From Ruminococcus sp. UBA3280 (lineage in GTDB: Bacteria; Bacillota; Clostridia; Oscillospirales; Ruminococcaceae): a stretch of DNA of 64,000 nucleotides. Both the position numbers and the translations under genes were made by a program. Location of the stretch: NCBI GenBank assembly GCA_002362175.1, contig DETU01000082.1:19233-83232 (forward strand), given 5' to 3'. This document shows positions 46,890-55,078 of this stretch, piece by piece. How positions within the stretch are numbered: position 1 is the stretch's first letter; each line of letters starts with the position of its first letter. Under the pieces are notes generated by a model that saw only the letters and a list, made by a program, of their open reading frames with translations, had not been told where the DNA came from and did no database searches.

Positions 46890-47721
46890 TTTTCAGAAGA
46901 AAAACGCACTTAAATGTGCAAGGGAAACGTGTGATGTACTCAATACGGCGGGCATTGAGGTATGTGTGAGCGACGAATTCAGAAACGATTTTGCAGATAA
47001 GGCTTTTGTGCAGTTTGAAGATATAAGACAGTCGGCAAAAACAGCTGATTTTGTCATTGCGATAGGCGGTGACGGAACAATTTTACGTTGTTCAAAGCTT
47101 CTTATCGGAACAGATACAAAATTACTCGGTATAAATACGGGAACACTCGGATTTATGGCTGGTCTGGAGGCTGACCAGCTTGACAGGCTTGAACTTCTGA
47201 AAACAGGTGACTATGAAATTTCAGACAGAATGACTCTTGATGTTGTATTTACCGAAAACGGAAAAAAAGTTACTTATACCGCACTCAATGAAATTTCAGC
47301 ACGTTCGGGAAGTTTCAGAATATGTGATTTTGACGTATATTCTGACGGCTATCTTGTCGGAAAGTATCGTGCGGACGGTGTTCTTTTCAGTACTCCTTCA
47401 GGTTCTACCGCTTATGCACTTTCAGCAGGAGGTCCGGTTATAGAGCCTGACCTTGAATGTATTGAAATGACACAGATTTGTCCACATTCGCTTTTTTCAA
47501 GAGCAACACTCTTTTCAGCGTGCCGTAAGCTCCGCCTTACAAGCAGTACACGCAGGGAGGAATATATGGTTATAAGCGTTGACGGTGAACTGCACATAAA
47601 ACTGAAAACAGACGAATCAATTGAAATATGTCGTGGAAAGCACAATATCAGATTTATAAATCTTATCGGAAATTCTTTCCATGAATCACTTTGCAGAAAA
47701 CTATGCAAGCCGATTAAGTAG
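46867..47721 (+). CDS. nadK: NAD kinase
   Basis: IGGDGTIL, GIN.G.LGF, ALNE, STPSGSTAYALSAGGP. Confidence 0.95.
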   Translation: MKAALYPNFQKKNALKCARETCDVLNTAGIEVCVSDEFRNDFADKAFVQFEDIRQSAKTADFVIAIGGDGTILRCSKLLIGTDTKLLGINTGTLGFMAGLEADQLDRLELLKTGDYEISDRMTLDVVFTENGKKVTYTALNEISARSGSFRICDFDVYSDGYLVGKYRADGVLFSTPSGSTAYALSAGGPVIEPDLECIEMTQICPHSLFSRATLFSACRKLRLTSSTRREEYMVISVDGELHIKLKTDESIEICRGKHNIRFINLIGNSFHESLCRKLCKPIK

Positions 47722-47726
47722 GGGTA

Positions 47727-48179
47727 ATGCAGATTATGAAAAATCAGAGACATGAATTGATACTTGAAATAATAAATAGTCAGCCTGTACCGACTCAGGA
47801 ACTTCTTGCAGAATTGCTTGCACAGAAAGGTATTAAAACAACTCAGGCTACTTTGTCCCGTGATATACAACAGCTTTCACTTGTGAAACAGCGTGATGTG
47901 AACGGGGTTTACAGATATACACTTCCTGCTGCGGCTGCGGAGGAAAAAAGTCTTTTTGCGGAAGCGGTTCTTTCAGTGGACTATGCAATGAATATAATTG
48001 TGTTGAAATGCCGTGCGGGAATGGCACAGGGAACTTGTGTGGCAATTGATTCAGTGAATCATGAAGGAGTAGTCGGAACTATTGCAGGCGATGATACAAT
48101 ATTTATCCTTGTGAGAAGTGAGGCGGACGCTAAGAAGCTTTCCAGAAAATTCAAAAGTGAACTCTTTTACGGGAGGTAG
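47727..48179 (+). CDS. argR: Arginine repressor
   Basis: TQE.L, TQATLSRDI, GTIAGDDTI. Confidence 0.95.
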   Translation: MQIMKNQRHELILEIINSQPVPTQELLAELLAQKGIKTTQATLSRDIQQLSLVKQRDVNGVYRYTLPAAAAEEKSLFAEAVLSVDYAMNIIVLKCRAGMAQGTCVAIDSVNHEGVVGTIAGDDTIFILVRSEADAKKLSRKFKSELFYGR

Positions 48180-49852
48180 TGGCAGAAAATATGCTCAGGG
48201 AGATTTATATTAAAAATCTTGCGGTAATAAAGGAAGCAACTATACCGCTTACAGACAATCTGAATATCTTTACAGGTGAAACAGGTGCAGGAAAATCAAT
48301 ACTTATCAATGGTATAAATGCGGTTCTCGGTCAGAGAGTTACAAAGGACATAGTACGCACAGGTTGTGACAAGGCGGTTATAACAGCCTTGTTTACAGAA
48401 CTTTCCGAAAATATTCTTGAAAAACTTGATGAACTCGGTATATCCCACGAAAATGAAGAAATAACGGTTACCCGTGAAATAAATGCCGACGGAAGAAGTG
48501 TTGCACGGATTAATCAACGTACAGCGTCTGCATCACTTCTCAGGGAAATCGGTAATGTGCTTATAAATATTCATGGTCAGCACGATAATCAGATTTTGCT
48601 TGACAGTGAAAAGCATATGCAGATTCTTGATGATTTCGGTACGGACGTTACCGTTATTGAAAATTACAGAAATACTTTCCGTGAACTTCAGCAGACCGCA
48701 AAAAAACTCAATGAACTAAAAAAATCCGAACATCTCCGCATTGAACGCAGTCAGTATTTAAACGGAATTATTGACGATATAGGTGAGCTTGAACTTGACG
48801 AAAACGAGGACGTGACACTTGAAAAAGAGTATGAAACGGCTAAAAATTCCGAAAAGGCTATTATAGCAATAAAAAGGGCTGTCATGTCGCTTTCAGGTGA
48901 GAATAACGCAAATGACATGATTATGTCGGCTGAAAACGATATTTCAAGATATACCGAAAACAGTGATGAACTTAACAGACTTTATGAACGTCTTTCAGCA
49001 GTTGAAATTGAACTTGCTGATATTTCGTCAGAACTTGAAAGCCTTGCCGACAAAATTGAACTTGACGGACAAAGGCTTGAATATCTCGGTACAAGGCTTA
49101 ACACAATAAACAAACTCAAAAGGAAGTATAATACTGACTGTTCAGGATTGGTAAAGCTTTATAACGACGCTTGCAGTGAGGTTATGAAGTTTGATAGTTC
49201 GTCTTCCGAAATTTCAGAACTCAATGAAAAAAAGGAGCATCTTCTTCATATTGTCACGGAAAGGGCAAAGGAACTTTTTGACTGTCGTGAGGAAGTAGGA
49301 AAACGTTTTGCGGAAAGAGTTACCCATGAACTTGAATTTTTAAATATGCCCGATGTTGTGATTTCTGTACGTCATGAAAAGGGAAAACTTACCGTAAACG
49401 GTATGGACAGCGTTGAATTTCTGATTTCAGCAAACAAGGGTGAAACTCCTAAACCTATTTCAAAAATAGCTTCGGGCGGTGAACTTTCAAGAATCATGCT
49501 CGCCCTTAAAAGTGTAATTGCAGGCAGGGACAGCATACCAACAATGATTTTTGATGAAATTGATACGGGTGTCAGTGGTAAGGCTGCCCAGAAAATCGGA
49601 ATAAAACTGCATGAAACGGGTAGAGTAAGGCAGGTTATATGTGTTACGCATCTTTCACAGATAGCCGTTATGGCAGACAATCATCTTTTGATTGAAAAGA
49701 AAACAATCGCTGAACGTAACGAAACTCATGTGACACAGCTTGATTTTGACGGCAGAGTGGCGGAAATTGCCAGAATTATGGGCGGTGAAAATCCCAGCAG
49801 ACTTATGCTTGACACAGCTCGTGAAGAACTTGAAAAATACAGGACGGAGTGA
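48179..49852 (+). CDS. recN: DNA repair protein RecN
   Basis: TGETGAGKS, IHGQH, ASGGELSRIMLA, FDEIDTGVSG, CVTH. Confidence 0.97.
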   Translation: MAENMLREIYIKNLAVIKEATIPLTDNLNIFTGETGAGKSILINGINAVLGQRVTKDIVRTGCDKAVITALFTELSENILEKLDELGISHENEEITVTREINADGRSVARINQRTASASLLREIGNVLINIHGQHDNQILLDSEKHMQILDDFGTDVTVIENYRNTFRELQQTAKKLNELKKSEHLRIERSQYLNGIIDDIGELELDENEDVTLEKEYETAKNSEKAIIAIKRAVMSLSGENNANDMIMSAENDISRYTENSDELNRLYERLSAVEIELADISSELESLADKIELDGQRLEYLGTRLNTINKLKRKYNTDCSGLVKLYNDACSEVMKFDSSSSEISELNEKKEHLLHIVTERAKELFDCREEVGKRFAERVTHELEFLNMPDVVISVRHEKGKLTVNGMDSVEFLISANKGETPKPISKIASGGELSRIMLALKSVIAGRDSIPTMIFDEIDTGVSGKAAQKIGIKLHETGRVRQVICVTHLSQIAVMADNHLLIEKKTIAERNETHVTQLDFDGRVAEIARIMGGENPSRLMLDTAREELEKYRTE

Positions 49853-50391
49853 TTATTTTGAAAATATATTCAACAAGACATGGACAGACGGATTTTAATA
49901 AACGTGATATAGTACTTGGTACTACTGATATTGAACTTAATGAAACGGGACTTTTTCAGGCAGAAAAGCTTGCGGAAAAAGTTTCGGGACTTGACATTGA
50001 TATAATAATAGCTTCTCCCATGAAACGAACAATGAAAACCGCACAGTTTGTTGCAGAAAAAAACAATCTTGAAATTATAACCGATGTTCGTCTCAGGGAA
50101 TGGGACTACGGTGAATATGAGGGAAAAACAAGGTTTACAGAGGGATTTGTCGAAAACAAGAAAAATTTCGGTGTTAAAATGGGAAAAACAGGTGAATCGC
50201 TTTTACAGCTTGTACACAGGGTCTATTCTGTTATTGACGATATAATTAAAAATTACAGTGACAAAAATGTTCTTGTGGTAAGTCACGGCGGAGTGTGCCG
50301 TGTTATTGAGACTTATTTTCACGATATGACAACGGCAGAGTTTGAAAACTGGTTCATGGATAACTGTCAGGTTATTGAATATAGTTTGTAG
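49849..50391 (+). CDS. Histidine phosphatase family protein
   Basis: RHGQT..N, SP..R...TA, LRE..YG, VSHGG. Confidence 0.9.
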   Translation: MIILKIYSTRHGQTDFNKRDIVLGTTDIELNETGLFQAEKLAEKVSGLDIDIIIASPMKRTMKTAQFVAEKNNLEIITDVRLREWDYGEYEGKTRFTEGFVENKKNFGVKMGKTGESLLQLVHRVYSVIDDIIKNYSDKNVLVVSHGGVCRVIETYFHDMTTAEFENWFMDNCQVIEYSL

Positions 50392-50398
50392 GAGTGCG

Positions 50399-51505
50399 AT
50401 GATGAGCAGGATTGAAAAGCTGATAAGTGAACTTTGCCCCAACGGTGTGGAATATAAAAAACTTGGACTTGTTACCGAAATGAAAAGAGGAAAATCAGTT
50501 ACAAGAAAAGATTTAAAAAAAGGAACAATTCCAGTAATTTCAGGAGGAAAAGAACCAGCTTTTTATTGTGACAGAAGTAACCGTGATGGTGAAATAATTA
50601 CTGTTGCAGGGAGCGGAGCAGGTGCAGGATATGTACAATATTGGAATACTCCTGTTTTTGTAAATGATGCATTTTCTGTTGAAGGAAACGACAAATTATT
50701 AACTAAATATATTTTTTATTATCTTTGTAATATACAAAATAAAATTTATGCAACCAAAAAAGGCGGAGGAGTTCCCCATGTTCATATATCAAATATTGAA
50801 AATTTTTTGATTCCCGTACCACCTTTAGAAATACAACATGAAATTATATGCATACTTGATAAATATTCTGCAAGTGTTGCAGAATTACGACAAATGCTTG
50901 AAAAAGAGCTTAATTTAAGAAGAAAGCAATATTCATATTATTGTGATATGCTTATTAAACCGGAAAAAAATGCTGACTCTGTTTATTTAAAAGATATTGC
51001 AACAGTATTGAGAGGAATACGTGTTGTAAAAAAACAACTTGAAACAACAGGAAATATTCCTGTTTATCAGAACAGTATGACACCGCTTGGTTACTATGAA
51101 AAAAGTAATTGTAAATCAAATACAGTTTTTGTTATCGGAGCAGGTTCAGCAGGTGAAATAGGATTCAGTTCAGTTGAGTTCTGGGCTGCTGACGACTGTT
51201 ATTATTTTATCTGTTCGGAAAAAATACTTGATAAATTTTTATATTATTCTTTACTTTGCCAGTATAATTTTTTAAAATCACAGGTACGAAAAGCAAGTAT
51301 TCCGCGTTTGGCACGCTCGGCTATAGAAAATTTAAAAATATATCTTCCATCTATTAAGGAACAGGAGCGAATAGTAAATATACTTGACCGCTTTGATACT
51401 TTCTGCAACGACCTGACAAGCAGACTCACTGCCGAAATAAATGCACGACAAAAACAATATGAATACTACAGAAATAAACTTTTAACATTTAAGGAGGCAA
51501 AATGA
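50399..51505 (+). CDS. hsdS: Type I restriction-modification specificity subunit (orphan)
   Basis: [15 protein letters not shown] start, two TRDs, [14 protein letters not shown] and LP...EQERIV.ILD repeats, [14 protein letters not shown] end; ATG 50399 behind AGGAG. Confidence 0.92.
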   Translation: MMSRIEKLISELCPNGVEYKKLGLVTEMKRGKSVTRKDLKKGTIPVISGGKEPAFYCDRSNRDGEIITVAGSGAGAGYVQYWNTPVFVNDAFSVEGNDKLLTKYIFYYLCNIQNKIYATKKGGGVPHVHISNIENFLIPVPPLEIQHEIICILDKYSASVAELRQMLEKELNLRRKQYSYYCDMLIKPEKNADSVYLKDIATVLRGIRVVKKQLETTGNIPVYQNSMTPLGYYEKSNCKSNTVFVIGAGSAGEIGFSSVEFWAADDCYYFICSEKILDKFLYYSLLCQYNFLKSQVRKASIPRLARSAIENLKIYLPSIKEQERIVNILDRFDTFCNDLTSRLTAEINARQKQYEYYRNKLLTFKEAK

Positions 51506-51936
51506 AAATAGTTTTGCAGAGAGTGACGCACGCAAGCGTTACCGTTGACGGCAAAATATCGGGACAGATTGACAAAGGTTATCTTCTGCTTTTCGGAGTG
51601 GGAAAAGATGACACCGAAAACGACTGTAAGAGACTTGCCGACAAAATAATAAATCTGAGAATCTTTTCGGACGAAAACGATAAAATAAATCTTTCACTTA
51701 AAGATGTAGGCGGTTCACTGCTTGTTGTTCCGCAGTTTACGCTTTATGCAGACTGCCGTAAAGGAAACCGTCCCAATTTCATTCAGGCGGGAAGTCCGTC
51801 CGAAGCAAACAGGCTTTTTGAGTATTTTACGGAGTATTGCCGTGATAAAGGTCAGAAAGTTGAAACGGGTATATTCGGAGCTGATATGAAAGTTGAACTT
51901 CTCAACGACGGACCTTTTACACTTGTTCTGGAATAA
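51502..51936 (+). CDS. dtd: D-aminoacyl-tRNA deacylase
   Basis: VLQRV..ASV, LRIF, (P)QFTL, KGNRP.F, FGADM.V.L.NDGPFT. Confidence 0.95.
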   Translation: MKIVLQRVTHASVTVDGKISGQIDKGYLLLFGVGKDDTENDCKRLADKIINLRIFSDENDKINLSLKDVGGSLLVVPQFTLYADCRKGNRPNFIQAGSPSEANRLFEYFTEYCRDKGQKVETGIFGADMKVELLNDGPFTLVLE

Positions 51937-51952
51937 TTTTTTATATATGGAT

Positions 51953-51995
51953 AAAATCACCTTATATGTCAATAATACGTATGAGGTGATTTTTT
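51953..51995 (+). terminator. Long hairpin plus T-run that ends the recN-dtd operon and overlaps the next gene's RBS
   Basis: 17 bp stem aaaatcaccttatatgt/acgtatgaggtgatttt. Confidence 0.6.
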
Positions 51996-53582
51996 ATGCG
52001 TAGAAAAGCAGAAATCAGAATTATTGTACTTGTCGGGACGTTTTTCCTGATATTTACCGCACTGTGTTTCAATTATTACAGGATAGCGGTAAAGCGTGAC
52101 CATGTGCAGACGGCAAGGACAAATTCTCAGTTTACCATAATTGCAGGAAATAGCGAGGGTACTATATACGACAGAAATATGAAACCTGTTGTAAATTCGC
52201 AGACAAAAAGTATTGCTGCTGCTGTGCCGTCGTTTCTTGACAGAAACAGTACAGCGGAGTTTGCACTTGATAAAAAACAGTTTCTTGATGATTTTGATAA
52301 AGGTCTGCCGTTTACATTTGAGTGCAAGCCTGATACGCCTGATTCTGACGGTTTGACGGTTTTTGACATTCCTGAAAGATATTCCGAAAATCAGCCTGCA
52401 CAGCACGTTGTAGGTTATCTTTCAGAGGGTGAGGGAGTTGCTGGGATTGAGTATGCATATAATAAAATTTTGCGTAATGACTATGGTGAAAATAGTGTAA
52501 CTTATACAACGGACGGTTTTGGTCAGATACTTATCGGAGACGGCAGAAAAATTATACGGAGTAATGCAGAAAAAAGCGGTGTTGTAACTACCATTGACCT
52601 TGATATACAGAAAATATGCGAAGATGTGGGAAAAGATATTGAAAAGGGTGCTGTAATTGTAGCAGACATAAAGACAGGTGAACTTCTTTCTATAGCAAGT
52701 TTTCCGACTTATTCCGTTGATGATATGACAAAGGCTATTGATGATAAAAGAAGTCCGCTGATAAACCGTGCCTTGTATTCCTATAGTGTAGGGTCGGTTT
52801 TCAAACTTGTTACCGCCGCACAGGCAATTGACAATAAATTCGGCGGATATGTCTATAATTGTACAGGACAAGCTGATGTTGAGGGTAAAATTTTCAACTG
52901 TCACAAAGCAGACGGTCACGGTTTGCAGACTCTTTCAGAGGCGATAACAAATTCCTGCAATACCTATTTTATAAATCTCAGCAGAATCCTTGACATAAAA
53001 GCTTTCAGAGAACTTGCCTTTAATCTTGGTTTCGGACATGAAATTCACCTTTGTTCAGGAATGACAGCGTCGGGCGGAGTACTACCAACCGTAAAAGAAC
53101 TTATGATACCTGCGGAACTGGCTAATTTTTCGTTCGGACAAGGTAAACTTTCAGCAACACCTTTACAGATTACACAACTTACGTGTGCAATTGCCAACGA
53201 GGGAAAAATGCCCGTACTTCGTCTTATAAAGGGAATGACAATTGACGGTGAGGAAATAATGAACGGAAAGTCCGCCCAACATTCACAGGTACTTGAAAAA
53301 GATACGGCAAATCAGTTAAAAGATATGATGATTTCGGCAGTTGAGGAAAATGAAAATTCCAATGCAAAGACAAAATATACAACAGTCGGTGCAAAAACTT
53401 CAACCGCACAGACAGGACGAACCGACAAAAAAGGCATTGAGTTTTGTCATGCATGGATAACAGGATTTTTTCCGGCAGATGACCCACAGTATGCGGTTAC
53501 GGTACTTGTTGAGGACGGCGGTTACGGTAATGATGTGGCTGCACCTGTTTTCAGGGAAATTGCCGACAGGATAATGCAGTAA
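51996..53582 (+). CDS. Class B penicillin-binding protein (SpoVD/FtsI-like transpeptidase)
   Basis: N-terminal TM, GTIYDRN, GSVFK (SxxK), SCN (SxN), KTST, HAWITGF.P. Confidence 0.88.
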   Translation: MRRKAEIRIIVLVGTFFLIFTALCFNYYRIAVKRDHVQTARTNSQFTIIAGNSEGTIYDRNMKPVVNSQTKSIAAAVPSFLDRNSTAEFALDKKQFLDDFDKGLPFTFECKPDTPDSDGLTVFDIPERYSENQPAQHVVGYLSEGEGVAGIEYAYNKILRNDYGENSVTYTTDGFGQILIGDGRKIIRSNAEKSGVVTTIDLDIQKICEDVGKDIEKGAVIVADIKTGELLSIASFPTYSVDDMTKAIDDKRSPLINRALYSYSVGSVFKLVTAAQAIDNKFGGYVYNCTGQADVEGKIFNCHKADGHGLQTLSEAITNSCNTYFINLSRILDIKAFRELAFNLGFGHEIHLCSGMTASGGVLPTVKELMIPAELANFSFGQGKLSATPLQITQLTCAIANEGKMPVLRLIKGMTIDGEEIMNGKSAQHSQVLEKDTANQLKDMMISAVEENENSNAKTKYTTVGAKTSTAQTGRTDKKGIEFCHAWITGFFPADDPQYAVTVLVEDGGYGNDVAAPVFREIADRIMQ

Positions 53583-53584
53583 AG

Positions 53585-53616
53585 ATAAAGGACATACATT
53601 GAAATATGTCCTTTAT
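53585..53616. terminator. Bidirectional terminator
   Basis: ataaaggacata/tatgtcctttat between convergent genes. Confidence 0.65.
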
Positions 53617-53620
53617 AAAA

Positions 53621-53830
53621 CTATTTATCAAATTTTTCAATATCAAAATCCGGCGGAGCGTCAATCTCGTCCGAAACATATTTGCCGTTTTTCTTACGCT
53701 GTTTAACACATTCGGTGAGCAGGTATTCTATCTGTCCGTTTACCGAACGGAAATCATCTTCCGCCCATTGAAAAATATCCTTGTACAGCTTTTCGGATAT
53801 TCTGAGCGGAATTTGTTTTTTCTGTGCCAT
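53621..53830 (-). CDS. Arc/ribbon-helix-helix family DNA-binding protein
   Basis: KKQIPLRIS..LY.....WA.DDFRSVNGQIEYLL. Confidence 0.85.
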   Translation of the reverse strand: MAQKKQIPLRISEKLYKDIFQWAEDDFRSVNGQIEYLLTECVKQRKKNGKYVSDEIDAPPDFDIEKFDK

Positions 53831-53831
53831 A

Positions 53832-54827
53832 TCAGTAAAGACTTCCTGAATTTACAATAGGCTGGGCATCATGATTTCCGCAGAGGACTACAAGAAGATT
53901 TGAAACCATAGCGGCTTTGCGTTCTTCGTCAAGTTCGACCATTCCGCTTTCGCTGAGACGTTCAAGAGCCATTTCAACCATGCCTACCGCACCATCAACA
54001 ATCATTTTTCTTGCGTCTATAATAGCGGAGGCCTGTTGTCTTTGAAGCATAACGGCGGCAATTTCGGAAGCATATGCAAGATAGGTTATACGTGCCTCTA
54101 CTATTTCAAGACCTGCATTTTCAACTTTCTGCTGAATTTCGTCACGGATTCTCTGTGCGACAATTTCACTTGAACCTCTTAAACTGCCCTCGTCAGCGAT
54201 ACCGTCTCCTGTTGTGTCAATGTTCGGAGCAATGTCGTAAGGATAAAGGCGGACTATATTTCTTAAAGCCGTATCGCATTGGAGAGATAAATATTCCTTG
54301 TAGTTGTCAACATCAAAGACAGCTTTGGCAGTATCTTTTACTTTCCATGTAACAGCAATGCCTATTTCTACAGGATTACCGAGACAGTCGTTTATCTTCT
54401 GACGGTTGTTGTTGAGCGTCATAATTTTGAGTGAAATTTTCTTGCTCGGAGTAGCTGTATTGGTTTTTACACCCTGAACAGTTGCTATTGTACTGCTTCC
54501 CACGTCGTCGCTTTGTCTGAGATGAGTTGAAGCAGCAGGGTTTACAGCAGAACAGAACGGATTGACCCAGAAAAAGCCGTCGCCCTTTATAGTTCCGTGA
54601 TATTTACCGAAAAGAGTGAGTACAAGAGCCTCCTGCGGTTTGAGGACGATAAGTCCCTTGAACGGAAACCAGCCTATACAGAGCCATATTGTACCAATTG
54701 CAGTGAGTATATGTACTTCTGATGTTCCTCCGATAATGGTAAGGATTATAGATGCTATGTAAAGTAAACCCCATAAAAGCATCATAGGCATACCGTTTTG
54801 TTTGGTGGATAAAATTTTTTCTTTCAT
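53832..54827 (-). CDS. SPFH/band 7 domain membrane protein
   Basis: Two TMs, [34 protein letters not shown]. Confidence 0.9.
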   Translation of the reverse strand: MKEKILSTKQNGMPMMLLWGLLYIASIILTIIGGTSEVHILTAIGTIWLCIGWFPFKGLIVLKPQEALVLTLFGKYHGTIKGDGFFWVNPFCSAVNPAASTHLRQSDDVGSSTIATVQGVKTNTATPSKKISLKIMTLNNNRQKINDCLGNPVEIGIAVTWKVKDTAKAVFDVDNYKEYLSLQCDTALRNIVRLYPYDIAPNIDTTGDGIADEGSLRGSSEIVAQRIRDEIQQKVENAGLEIVEARITYLAYASEIAAVMLQRQQASAIIDARKMIVDGAVGMVEMALERLSESGMVELDEERKAAMVSNLLVVLCGNHDAQPIVNSGSLY

Positions 54828-54861
54828 GATTATTTCCTTTCATTGAAATAAGGTTTGTTTG

Positions 54862-54901
54862 TTGATATCAATATAATATCACAAAAATTTCATTTTGTCA
54901 A
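54862..54901 (-). promoter_or_regulatory. SPFH operon promoter with a candidate RHH operator
   Basis: Minus strand TTGACA-17 bp-TATTAT; palindrome TTGATATCAA (54862-71) and the related TAATATCA (54874-81) overlap the -10 and +1. Confidence 0.55.
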
Positions 54902-54939
54902 GAGGCTTTTCAAAATTATCGGAAAATATTCCAAAACCA

Positions 54940-54968
54940 TTGACATTTACTGAAAATAATACTATAAT
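54940..54968 (+). promoter_or_regulatory. sigma-A promoter of alaS
   Basis: Perfect TTGACA-17 bp-TATAAT. Confidence 0.85.
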
Positions 54969-55005
54969 ATACTTGTATCGCATTGACGGAACAGGGTGTA
55001 CCCTG

Positions 55006-55040
55006 AAAGCCTTTGTCCCATTGACGACAGGGCTTTTTTT
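55006..55040 (+). terminator. Leader (attenuator) terminator upstream of alaS
   Basis: aaagcctttgtc/gacagggcttt stem plus T7, located between the promoter and the RBS. Confidence 0.65.
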
Positions 55041-55078
55041 GTTTCGTCATGTATATTTGAAAAAGGAGATAGAATTAT

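Noticed and set aside
50342-51505. hsdS as part of an invertible shufflon or mobile element
   Set aside because: No second hsdS, recombinase, long inverted repeats or target-site duplication visible in the window.
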